64,000 nucleotides of DNA from Methanomethylovorans hollandica DSM 15978 (GCF_000328665.1 NC_019977.1:310001-374000), one strand, 5' to 3'. Numbered from the stretch's first letter, positions 51,576-60,684 are shown. The notes: generated by a model not told the origin, from the letters alone. Translations and numbers: made by a program.

Positions 51576-53018
51576 TTAAGCGGTGTTCCTGTAAAGGAAG
51601 TTTCCATTGCAGTCAGTCATGTTATAATTACAGAAGGGGACAAATCTTCCGTCGCGTGTGACCACATGTATGCAGCAGTTCTCTACCCTTTCTCTCTCGT
51701 ATGACCAGACGTCCTGGAAAGCCATTGTTGAGATTGTAAGATAGCTGTTCATGCTTTTCTCTATGAAATCTGCCCATCCGCCACCCAGGCGGGTATTCTT
51801 CGGAAGGACTTCAGTTATTGGTTTTTCACAGCATGAACCCTTTACAGTAAGCTGGCTTATCGGCTTCTCGCAGCAAGAACTCTTGATAAGGAGATCGCCA
51901 CACGATGACTTCTGGTCTTCTTTCCCGGAACCTTTCCACCTGCCCATAATGGACTTCTTCGTTTTGCTCGCTACATCGGAAGCAGACTTGATGGCTCCAA
52001 GCGAGACATTGGTCAGTGGAAGGAAACCTCCGTTATCTATAAGCGTCAGGCAGGTAGCCCCGCAATGGGCATGGGGCATGAGTGAAGGTGTGAAATTCTC
52101 AACCTTGAGCTGTCCGCTGGTCTGCTTCTCTATTTCCCTAAGTAGCTCCAGTATGGTTATCCTCCCTTCGCGGGCCGAAGGAGCACGGCCGGAATAGAAT
52201 ACAGGCTGGAAGTGCACTCCCCTAACAGTGGGTACCCTGCTGCCTGCAAACTCTATGATCTTGCCGACTTGGTGCAGGTTATAGTTTCTGGCTACCAATG
52301 GTACAAGGACAACACCGATTCCTGCCTTTTCACATCTGTTTATGACCTCGGCCTTGAAATCAAAGAGCTTCTTTCCAGTCCTTTGCTTGTAAATATCATC
52401 GGATACACCGTCGAATCCAAGGTAGATAGCATCTACACCCGCTGAGGCGATCCTGTTAAAATAATCCTGATCAGTAGCTATTCTGCGACCATTGGTGTTC
52501 AATTCTATGTGATCGATTCCTACTTCCTTTCCCATCTTTATTATCTCAGGCAGATCATCCCTCATGGTGGGCTCTCCTCCTGAGATTTGTATACAGGTGG
52601 GTTTGTTCTGACATTTTTTCACAGTCTCGAACATGAATCTTATTGTTTCTATATCGGGGTCGAGGCTTTTGTCAATAGAAGAGCTGGCGAAACAATAAGT
52701 ACATCCCATATCACACCTGTCGGTCACTTCGACAATTGCCAGACAGGTATCTTGTTTGTGAGAGGGACAGAGGCCGCAGTCGAAGGGACAGCCTTTTTCT
52801 GTATCCCTAAGGGATGCTTTGGCACGCGATCTATTGACATCGAAACATTCCTCCATTTGGAGGTAGTGCCCTACATCCTCAGATATCATGGTTGTAAAGC
52901 TGCCATGGTCAGGGCATGTTTTTTTGAGGTAAACTTTTCCCTCCTCCACGTATTTGATGCCATCTATTTTGCCAAGGCACTCAGGACAAAGGCTTTCAAC
53001 TGTACTTATCGGTTCCAT
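51576..53018 (-). CDS. Radical SAM protein (TrsS/DVU_1554-like; Tes-related architecture)
   Basis: N-terminal SLCPEC...KTCPDHG, GCPFDCGLC..H...C, SAM motif CDMGCTYC, SGGEP, and C-terminal FQDVW...CCIH...VPFC.YN. Confidence 0.88.
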   Translation of the reverse strand: MEPISTVESLCPECLGKIDGIKYVEEGKVYLKKTCPDHGSFTTMISEDVGHYLQMEECFDVNRSRAKASLRDTEKGCPFDCGLCPSHKQDTCLAIVEVTDRCDMGCTYCFASSSIDKSLDPDIETIRFMFETVKKCQNKPTCIQISGGEPTMRDDLPEIIKMGKEVGIDHIELNTNGRRIATDQDYFNRIASAGVDAIYLGFDGVSDDIYKQRTGKKLFDFKAEVINRCEKAGIGVVLVPLVARNYNLHQVGKIIEFAGSRVPTVRGVHFQPVFYSGRAPSAREGRITILELLREIEKQTSGQLKVENFTPSLMPHAHCGATCLTLIDNGGFLPLTNVSLGAIKSASDVASKTKKSIMGRWKGSGKEDQKSSCGDLLIKSSCCEKPISQLTVKGSCCEKPITEVLPKNTRLGGGWADFIEKSMNSYLTISTMAFQDVWSYERERVENCCIHVVTRDGRFVPFCNYNMTDCNGNFLYRNTA

Positions 53019-53051
53019 CTGTTCCCTCTCTGGTTGGTGTGGTGGTAATCT

Positions 53052-53079
53052 ACCTGAGAACCCCTTGAATTCTCAGGTA
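53052..53079. other. Perfect 10-bp intergenic hairpin
   Basis: TACCTGAGAA...TTCTCAGGTA between the redox-protein and radical SAM genes; possible processing or attenuation site. Confidence 0.5.
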
Positions 53080-53082
53080 TTC

Positions 53083-53544
53083 TTAAGCTCTCTTTTCTTC
53101 AAGGATCGCTTCCGCAGTTTTTAGCGTTGACTTTGCCATGCCGGCTGATACATACATATCGCCGCATTTTGCACAGACAAGTCCGGGACCTGGCCTTGTG
53201 ACCCCCATATAGCTCATGTCAACGTTCCTCTCCAGTGCGACCTCATTGCACTTTGCACATATCCACTCACTTTCATCATCGTATTCCACTGGCTTGATCT
53301 CTCCGCCGGTTATACCGAGGATGTTCATCTTGTGGGTGTAGACATCAAGCAGTTCAGTTGCAGAATAGACGGCATAGATGGTCAGATTCTCTGATACGCC
53401 TTTTGCAATACAGGTGCTGCCATCCTTTGCTATGAGTTTGTGCCCACTGGACTCTGCATTCTTGATAATTTCCAGTATCTCCTCTTTTTTCACGCCGTTG
53501 TCTTTGAGTAAATTGTCCGCTTGTTCAGTTATCTTTATATCCAT
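53083..53544 (-). CDS. Two-domain small protein with C-terminal DVU_1557-like double-CxxC domain
   Basis: WICAKC...SYMG...LVCAKCG.MYVS...AEAILEEK; N-terminal half EIIKNAESSGHKL...TIYAVYS...YTHKMNI. Start 53544 after GTGAGG. Confidence 0.7.
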   Translation of the reverse strand: MDIKITEQADNLLKDNGVKKEEILEIIKNAESSGHKLIAKDGSTCIAKGVSENLTIYAVYSATELLDVYTHKMNILGITGGEIKPVEYDDESEWICAKCNEVALERNVDMSYMGVTRPGPGLVCAKCGDMYVSAGMAKSTLKTAEAILEEKRA

Positions 53545-53587
53545 AATAACCCTCACTGATTTATACTATTATTTTTCATCCCTTTTC

Positions 53588-54703
53588 TCAGAACTTTTCA
53601 TACTTACCAAAATCCTTTGCAGCTCTTACAAGTGCATGGACATTAACAGGTGGGGCATTGGTCGGACATTCACATGCTGTTCCTAATATGAATCCTCTCG
53701 GACTGTCCTTGCCGGCAAGTACCTGTTCCTTGGCCTGTGCGTAGACCTGAGCAGGTGTACCGCGGTCAATGAGTTTTGTATCAACAGTTCCGAAGCATGT
53801 GCACCTGTCTCCGAAATTCTCTACAAGTTTTGAAGTGGGGAATATGTCCTGTCCGTCGTATCCTATCTGAACAATAGTGAACGGGCTCATTGGTGCATCT
53901 CTCCACAGGTCGAAGTCGTCGGTGTGGTTTCCACATAGATGGTAATAGACACCAGGGCCTGCACCTGTGTTCAGGACTTTCCTGACAGCTCTTGATACTG
54001 GCTGGTAGCTGAACCTCTTGATCTGTTCCCTGTCCATGAGGTCACCACTTGCTATTACTGAACCAGTGATCATCACGTTTGCACCATACCTCTCGGCTGT
54101 TGCTTTACATGCGTTTACCATGTGGTCTCCGGCTTTTATGCAAAGCTTGTCCACAAGTTCTGGCTCTGTGATCATCCACATGAATACATCCTCAATGGCA
54201 GCCCAGTTAGTAGCCACTTCCATGGTACCACCCAGCTGGGTGATTGGGGCAAACATCTGTGGGTATTCGTTCTTTACTGTGTCCAATGCTCTGTAGTGTG
54301 TAGTGAGGGTCGGCCCCTTCACCAGTTCTTCAGTGCTTAGTACTTCAAAATTATCTACATCTTCCGCAGTCTTTATTGGGCGTTTTGTAATACCTGGAGG
54401 AGCATTTGTCTGGATCTTTAGCTCAGCTCCGTAGTCGGCTCCCCAGTAATCTGCATAAAGGAAGTGCCCAACCGGAGTAACATCATAAAGCTCACAGGCA
54501 GCACACACCATCCTTACTGCTTCTTCCGGATTCGAATAGAAGTATCCTGCATTCTTTCTGAACAGAGTAGCTGCGTGAGACAGAATAATAGGGTCTACTA
54601 TAACTCTATCCGATGGTTTGTCTACCCATGGTGTGGTCCATAAGTTTCCTGCATTTTCTAGCCAATTTTGATCTATTGGGATATAGTCTTGTGCTGGCAT
54701 CAT
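53588..54703 (-). CDS. Divergent URO-D-fold methyltransferase (candidate substrate-specific MT1)
   Basis: Zn motif [22 protein letters not shown]-terminus differs from MtaA/MtbA. Confidence 0.8.
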   Translation of the reverse strand: MMPAQDYIPIDQNWLENAGNLWTTPWVDKPSDRVIVDPIILSHAATLFRKNAGYFYSNPEEAVRMVCAACELYDVTPVGHFLYADYWGADYGAELKIQTNAPPGITKRPIKTAEDVDNFEVLSTEELVKGPTLTTHYRALDTVKNEYPQMFAPITQLGGTMEVATNWAAIEDVFMWMITEPELVDKLCIKAGDHMVNACKATAERYGANVMITGSVIASGDLMDREQIKRFSYQPVSRAVRKVLNTGAGPGVYYHLCGNHTDDFDLWRDAPMSPFTIVQIGYDGQDIFPTSKLVENFGDRCTCFGTVDTKLIDRGTPAQVYAQAKEQVLAGKDSPRGFILGTACECPTNAPPVNVHALVRAAKDFGKYEKF

Positions 54704-54858
54704 TTATCACCAATCGTTTGTTGTTCTGGTTACGAATGGTGAAAATAGTAAACCTTTTCCATTCATAACCATCAATTTGAAATCAAATCTTTTTGCAGTC
54801 TATCATGCAAATTCAGTTTTTGTCACTATTGACAACAAACGTTATTTTGGTGTAGACA

Positions 54859-54907
54859 TATATGTAATAACTCCTAGTAATTAATCAAAACAATTATTAT
54901 TATCAAT
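54859..54907 (-). promoter_or_regulatory. Promoter of the URO-D/radical SAM operon with conserved upstream motif
   Basis: Minus strand ATTGATAATAAT (54907-54896), 22 nt, then GAGTTATTACATATAT; matches 43243-43291. Confidence 0.65.
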
Positions 54908-55159
54908 AGTATGTTCGCGGTTTAAATTATGGATTTTCCCGGAAGTATATTTTTTATCTAAGTAGTTCAGGAAAACGGTAGCTAGAAAAAAATAGACACC
55001 TTCGATAATATCAAGACTGTGAATATTAACAAAAGTAAATTTAAAAGTAAGTTCTAGAACAGGCATCTATAGCTGTTGATCAAAAATATTGCATGGAATT
55101 GTGGCAGAAAGATCTATTGATGAAGAAGTAGAATTTTTAAAATCAATGATGATCCAGTT

Positions 55160-55951
55160 TTACTTAACCTTCTCTGACATTTCTTTATATTGTTCAAACA
55201 GGTCTTTTCCCCATTTACGGGCACTATCTTCGAAACTAATTACTTTTTTGTGATCAAATATTCCTTTTTTATTAAAAAAAGCTATCAGCATAAGATTGTC
55301 CGTAATTGAAAGAGCACCCAGTTTAATTATATTATCATCACATACGAACAAATTCGAATTTGCAGACCTCATCATTGCATTATATTGTTCTGCATACTCA
55401 TCTCTCAATCGTTCATATACCGATTGAGTTAAAATGAGATCAAATTTAACTTCTTTATTTGCAAGTTCTGAATAATTATTAGGGCAAGATGGGCAAAAAT
55501 ATGAATAAAAAGTACACGCATTTTTTGTTTCTTTTAAACTGGTCAGTAGTTCTTTTGGTGGTTCGAAAAGATGATTTAGATCCGGTTCATACACCATTAC
55601 CTTTCCTAAATCTCCAATTCTATCCAGTAATAAGTCAGGGATACCACTCAGATCTCTGGTTCCCCAGAATTCTTTGTTTTCTTCCAGTATATTAAGTGCC
55701 TCAATCAAAGGTTTTACTTTTTTAAGTATGATCCTTCCAACAAAAGTTAACCCGTATTTATCTTCTTTTTGTTCTATAAGACCCTCTTCGATAAGGATTT
55801 TTATCTGAGCCATTATAGCACTAGTTGTTCCGGTTAAAGAATCTTTTATCTCATCAACAGTAGCCGGTCCTTCCAATAACATAAGAAGGGCCATCTTTCT
55901 TTTTTCAGATAAAAACACCGTACTCATCAATTCAGTTTTCATGGTCTTCAC
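55160..55951 (-). CDS. ArsR-type wHTH + DUF1724 regulator (Msr family), copy 2
   Basis: Close paralog of 38667-39470 (shared STVFLSEKRK, SLTGTTSAIMAQIKIL, YSYFCPSCPNNYS). Confidence 0.88.
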   Translation of the reverse strand: MKTMKTELMSTVFLSEKRKMALLMLLEGPATVDEIKDSLTGTTSAIMAQIKILIEEGLIEQKEDKYGLTFVGRIILKKVKPLIEALNILEENKEFWGTRDLSGIPDLLLDRIGDLGKVMVYEPDLNHLFEPPKELLTSLKETKNACTFYSYFCPSCPNNYSELANKEVKFDLILTQSVYERLRDEYAEQYNAMMRSANSNLFVCDDNIIKLGALSITDNLMLIAFFNKKGIFDHKKVISFEDSARKWGKDLFEQYKEMSEKVK

Positions 55952-56420
55952 TTTTGTTATGAAATATTGTTAACTCTGTGTTCATTTCTATAATAACAGA
56001 TTATCAACATACTCCTCAATTCTCACCCACATATTTGCTTCAATGTGTTCCATGAGTGTATTTACATATGTGAAATCTAGGTTTTAACTCTTTTTATGCT
56101 CTGATAGTACTTGGTTGATCTCATTAAATCCTGTAAGTGGGTTTGATTTCCCTCACTTTCATTTTAGATCCTTAAAATATTAACATACAATCATTTAACT
56201 GCTATCTGTATATAATAGTTCTTATTTGAAAATCGAATTTAAATAAAGATCACTAAAAAAATCAATATCAATAGCCCAAAGTTGGCACTTATCTTCATAT
56301 ACATGAAATTAACATTATTGTTGTCCCAATAATTCAAAGCAGGTAAATAAGAGGTCTATGTGATTAAGACCGAATTTTACAATGTACTAGAAAACTCTTG
56401 GACAAAACTGGTGGTAAAAG

Positions 56421-57245
56421 ATGCTTAACAGTGAATTGGAACGTTTCATTCAGGAAGACCTTGGTCCATATGACCTCTCATGTACCCTTGTTCCAGAGAG
56501 GGAAGTGGAAGCTTTTATCTTGGCTAAGGAATACTGTACTCTGGCAGGCATTGATGTTGCAATGTCTATATTTAAATACTTTGGTTTGCAGGCTGTGCCA
56601 TCACATAGTGATGGTGACCAGGTACAGGCCGGAAACACAATAATCTCTCTCAGAGGAAGTTCTGTATCGATTTTAAGAGCAGAGAGACTCTCCTTGAACT
56701 TTTTAGGTCATCTCAGTGGCATTGCCACTATGACAAGTAAATGTGTGCAGATCGTCAGGTCGTTTTCGGACACAAGGGTTGCCTGTACCCGTAAGACAAT
56801 ACCTGGGATGCGTAGCCTGGAAAAGATGGCTGTTGTTGCTGGTGGGGGCGATACACATAGGTTCAGCCTGTCTGACTGTATCATGCTCAAGGATAACCAC
56901 ATCACGCTAATGGGTTTTGAAGCAGCCATAAGCGAAGCAAAGAAGAGGGCGAGTTTCACCCAGAAGATCGAGGTAGAGGTAGAGTCCATGGAAGAAGCTT
57001 TATTGGTGGCCAGGATGGGTGTGGATATTATCATGCTTGATAACATGAGTCCCACAGAGGTACTGAGGACTGTCCAGAAAATCAAAAAAGAAGGGTTAAA
57101 AGAACATGTGATCATTGAGGTATCAGGTAATATTACTATTGAGAACCTTGAAGAATACGCAAAGACGGGTGTTGATGTGATCTCCATGGGTTCGCTTATC
57201 CATGCTGCACGATGGATAGACCTTAGTATGGAGTTCTCTGCATAA
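56421..57245 (+). CDS. nadC: Nicotinate-nucleotide pyrophosphorylase (quinolinate phosphoribosyltransferase)
   Basis: AERLSLNFL, CTRKT, HRFSLSD, KDNH, IEVEVE, IMLDN, EVSGNI. Confidence 0.95.
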   Translation: MLNSELERFIQEDLGPYDLSCTLVPEREVEAFILAKEYCTLAGIDVAMSIFKYFGLQAVPSHSDGDQVQAGNTIISLRGSSVSILRAERLSLNFLGHLSGIATMTSKCVQIVRSFSDTRVACTRKTIPGMRSLEKMAVVAGGGDTHRFSLSDCIMLKDNHITLMGFEAAISEAKKRASFTQKIEVEVESMEEALLVARMGVDIIMLDNMSPTEVLRTVQKIKKEGLKEHVIIEVSGNITIENLEEYAKTGVDVISMGSLIHAARWIDLSMEFSA

Positions 57246-57410
57246 TAATATTGATATTTGTGGAGGATATCGTTTCTTCAATAAATTTAGGAATTTACAA
57301 TACCCGGGATCATGAAATAGTATACATAATTACAGCATTAATTCTTCATTTCATATCTGGGACAGGTCTGATAGCAGAGTATTTGAGTGCAGAGATAGTT
57401 GAGTTCTTGC

Positions 57411-57857
57411 ATGGAGTATACTACAGGTACTATTGGCAGGGTCTTTTTCCTGCGTGTTGATCATGGTGAAGATCTGATCGAGGCATTGCAAACAGTTTCA
57501 CGAAAAGAGAAAATAAGATCTGCTTTTTTCTTTCTGCTGGGTGCAATTGAAAAGGGAGAGCTTGTTTCAGGTCCAAGGGATGCTTGCGTACCTCCTGTTC
57601 CCATGTGGGTCAAAATAGACACTCCTCATGAAATCATAGGCATAGGTAATGTTTTTTACGAAGGGGAGGATCCCAAGGTACATCTGCACTGCAGTATAGG
57701 CAGGGATGAAATCGTCAGGACCGGTTGCCTGAGGAATAATAGTAAAGCATTTATGGTAAATGAAGTCTTCCTTCTCGAAATATCAGGGATGGTCGCAACA
57801 AGGGTTAATGATAGTATAAAAGGTTACTCACCGGTGACATTTGGGGAAAACATTTAA
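57411..57857 (+). CDS. PPC/DUF296 domain protein
   Basis: RVDHGEDL, LGAI, HEIIGIGN, VHLHCSIGR, TGCL. Confidence 0.82.
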   Translation: MEYTTGTIGRVFFLRVDHGEDLIEALQTVSRKEKIRSAFFFLLGAIEKGELVSGPRDACVPPVPMWVKIDTPHEIIGIGNVFYEGEDPKVHLHCSIGRDEIVRTGCLRNNSKAFMVNEVFLLEISGMVATRVNDSIKGYSPVTFGENI

Positions 57858-58112
57858 CAGACTAACAGAATATTTTCTATCAGAGCTTTTTCATGTCTTT
57901 CAAATGCCTGAATTTTTCTTTCATTTCTTTATTTTTCTGCCGGATATCTGCTGCAAAGGCAAGCGATAGAATTAGCTTCTGTTTTGCCGACTTCCAGATT
58001 TTGCAACAATTAGATTATTTCTTCACCTATTTTAGTTCAAAAGGAAACGCTTACAATAAACAATATATACACTAATAGCTTTTTATGGGATAGAACATGG
58101 AGGTGGAACTGG

Positions 58113-59390
58113 ATGGTTTACATTGCTGATGAACGTAAGTACAAGATAGAAAGGGTGCATGCTAGAGAGATCCTTGATTCACGAGGAAACCCCACGGTAG
58201 AAGTGGATGTTTATACTGGCTGCGGTTTTGGACGTGCCAGTGTTCCCTCGGGTGCTTCCACCGGTACCCATGAGGCTATTGAGCTGAGGGATAAGGAGGC
58301 AGACCGCTATAGAGGAAAAGGTGTTCTTGACGCGGTAGACAACGTGAACACCACTCTTGAAAGTGACCTGGTGGGAATGGACGTTCGCCACCAGCGCGGC
58401 ATTGATGCTCTCATGATAGCCCTGGATGGTACTGATAATAAGATGACTTTAGGCGCGAATGCTATTCTGGGCGTTTCGATGGCAGTTGCAAAGGCAGCTG
58501 CGGATTCCCTGAACATTCCTCTGTACAGGTATCTTGGAGGTAATAACGCATATAATCTTCCTGTTCCTACAATGAATGTCATAAATGGCGGTAAACATGC
58601 AGGTAATGACCTTGCGATCCAGGAATTCATGATTCAGCCAAAAGGTTCTGATGCTTATGGCGAAGCCCTGAGGATGGGAGCTGAGACTTATCATGCTTTA
58701 CGGAAGATACTTGAAGATAAATATGGTGCTTCAGGAACGAACGTTGGGTATGAAGGCGGGTATGCTCCACCACTATCCATGACCACAGATGCCCTTGATG
58801 CCCTGATGAGCGCAATAGATGAGGCAGGCTATACAGAATCAGATATAACTATTGGTATCGATGCTGCTGCATCTGAGTTCTTTGAAGGTGAAGCATATTC
58901 TATCGATGGTAAGTTACTTGACGGCGGAGAACTTACTGATTTCTACCTCGAATTGATAGACAGCTACCCTATCATCTATATAGAGGACCCTTTCCATGAG
59001 GAAGCTTTCGAGGATTTTGCAAACCTGACATCTGAGGCGTGGGAGACCCTTATTGTGGGTGATGATCTGTTCGTGACCAATACTAATCGTCTTGCAAAAG
59101 GTATTGAAATGGGTGCTGCAAATGCCCTGCTTTTGAAAGTGAACCAGATCGGTACAATCTCTGAAGCTTTTGATGCTGCGACTCTTGCAAACCGCAATGG
59201 ATATGCTGTGGTGGTCAGTCATCGTTCTGCAGAGACCGAGGACACTACCATTTCAGATATTTCGGTGGCTATCGGAGCAGATCTCATTAAGACGGGAGCT
59301 CCTGCACGCAGTGAACGTACTGCAAAGTATAACCAGTTGCTAAGGATAGAGGAAGACCTTGGAGACATTGCCAGATACGTGCAACTCTAA
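58113..59390 (+). CDS. eno: Enolase
   Basis: AREILDSRGNPTVEV, VPSGASTG, LLLKVNQIG, SHRS, IKTGAPARSERTAKYNQL. Confidence 0.97.
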   Translation: MVYIADERKYKIERVHAREILDSRGNPTVEVDVYTGCGFGRASVPSGASTGTHEAIELRDKEADRYRGKGVLDAVDNVNTTLESDLVGMDVRHQRGIDALMIALDGTDNKMTLGANAILGVSMAVAKAAADSLNIPLYRYLGGNNAYNLPVPTMNVINGGKHAGNDLAIQEFMIQPKGSDAYGEALRMGAETYHALRKILEDKYGASGTNVGYEGGYAPPLSMTTDALDALMSAIDEAGYTESDITIGIDAAASEFFEGEAYSIDGKLLDGGELTDFYLELIDSYPIIYIEDPFHEEAFEDFANLTSEAWETLIVGDDLFVTNTNRLAKGIEMGAANALLLKVNQIGTISEAFDAATLANRNGYAVVVSHRSAETEDTTISDISVAIGADLIKTGAPARSERTAKYNQLLRIEEDLGDIARYVQL

Positions 59391-59448
59391 TTTTTCTCTT
59401 TCACCTTTTTCTTTGTTTCATTTTTATTTTTAAGGGGCAGGTGAGTTA

Positions 59449-60072
59449 TTGATAGAATCAGCGCAACTTCTCTATTTTATTGCTGCCTCTGTTGCCCTAA
59501 CTTTACTTCCTGGCCCAGATATTCTTTTTGTTCTTTCCATCAGTATTTCACAGGGAAAAAAAGCTGGAATGGCAACAGCATCGGGTCTGTGTACCGGATT
59601 GCTGTTCCATACCACTGCAGCAGCACTTGGTATATCTGCCATTGTGTATGGATCTGCACTTGCATTTACAATTGTAAAATATGCTGGTGCTCTTTATCTG
59701 ATCTACCTGGCTTTTAAGGCAATAAAAGAAAGTGGAAGTTTCTTGTCATCTTTTGAAATTACAGAAACTGATGTGTATCTTCTTTATAAAAGAGGCATTG
59801 TAATGAACATTTTGAATCCAAAAGTTTCACTTTTTTTCCTTGCGTTCCTTCCACAATTCGTAAATACAGGTTCCGCAAACATACCTCTGCAAATGATATT
59901 TCTGGGAATCGTTTTCCTTATCCAGGCGTTGTTCATATTCTTCCTGGTATCAATATTTGCAGGGCTTATTGGTTCCAGGATCATGGCAATGCCAAAAGCT
60001 GGAAAATATGTAAATTGGGCAAAAGCAGGCATATTTTCAATAATAGGACTTGAATTGGCTCTTTCCAGTTGA
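59449..60072 (+). CDS. LysE/RhtB family translocator
   Basis: LPGPD, KYAGALYLIYL, NILNPKV..FFLAFLPQF. Confidence 0.9.
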   Translation: MIESAQLLYFIAASVALTLLPGPDILFVLSISISQGKKAGMATASGLCTGLLFHTTAAALGISAIVYGSALAFTIVKYAGALYLIYLAFKAIKESGSFLSSFEITETDVYLLYKRGIVMNILNPKVSLFFLAFLPQFVNTGSANIPLQMIFLGIVFLIQALFIFFLVSIFAGLIGSRIMAMPKAGKYVNWAKAGIFSIIGLELALSS

Positions 60073-60185
60073 TGATCCTCGATAAAACATATTTTTTTCT
60101 TCATGCACAAGGATGTAATCCTGCAAACCAGGTACGATATTTTATGAACAATAATCATTTTTAACGATTATGTTCAATACCTTGC

Positions 60186-60596
60186 ATGAAGGTTGTGATC
60201 GAGACTCCAAAATACAGTTTTTTTAAATATAACAGGTCAGGAGAACACTACATAAAGGTATTTTTCTCCCCGGTCCCTACCATATTTAACTATGGATATA
60301 TAGAGGGTATAAAAGGCGCCGATGGTATGGAGGTGGATGCGGTTGTTCTGGGTCCGCGGGTGACACAGGGTACAGTGATGGATTTCCCTCATTGCCACGG
60401 AGTTGTAAGGTTCATAGATGACTCTGTGAAGGATGATAAATATCTTTTCTATATTGATGGTTTTAACTCTTCACAGGTAATTTCCTTCTATTTTAAGGTA
60501 TATGCTCTCTTCAAAACCTTTGTATACATCATATCTAAAAAAAGGATATCAAAATGTAAGTTCCTGGGCATAGAACAGTTCGAAGATGGCGTTTGA
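60186..60596 (+). CDS. Short inorganic pyrophosphatase-like protein
   Basis: VVIETPK...KY, NYGYI, DGMEVDAVV, DDKY; family I PPase motifs but only 136 aa. Confidence 0.65.
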   Translation: MKVVIETPKYSFFKYNRSGEHYIKVFFSPVPTIFNYGYIEGIKGADGMEVDAVVLGPRVTQGTVMDFPHCHGVVRFIDDSVKDDKYLFYIDGFNSSQVISFYFKVYALFKTFVYIISKKRISKCKFLGIEQFEDGV

Positions 60597-60684
60597 TTTC
60601 TTTCTGTAGAAATGCTCATGAGTGCACCAGCATTTTGATAAGTATCAACAAAGTACAGTGTTGCAATTAACTGGTTAGGGGTAA

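Noticed and set aside
51576..53544. Selenocysteine recoding in the TrsS-like module
   Set aside because: Both ORFs are open with Cys codons and end at TAA; no in-frame TGA needs recoding.
31000..56000. Pyrrolysine (TAG) read-through hiding a methylamine methyltransferase
   Set aside because: The TAG-ending ORFs I checked (31080, 48711) hit another stop within a few codons, and no MtmB/MtbB/MttB-like sequence is visible.
58113..59390. Enolase GYEGGYAP instead of GDEGGFAP
   Set aside because: The catalytic Glu and other active-site motifs are intact; treated as lineage variation.
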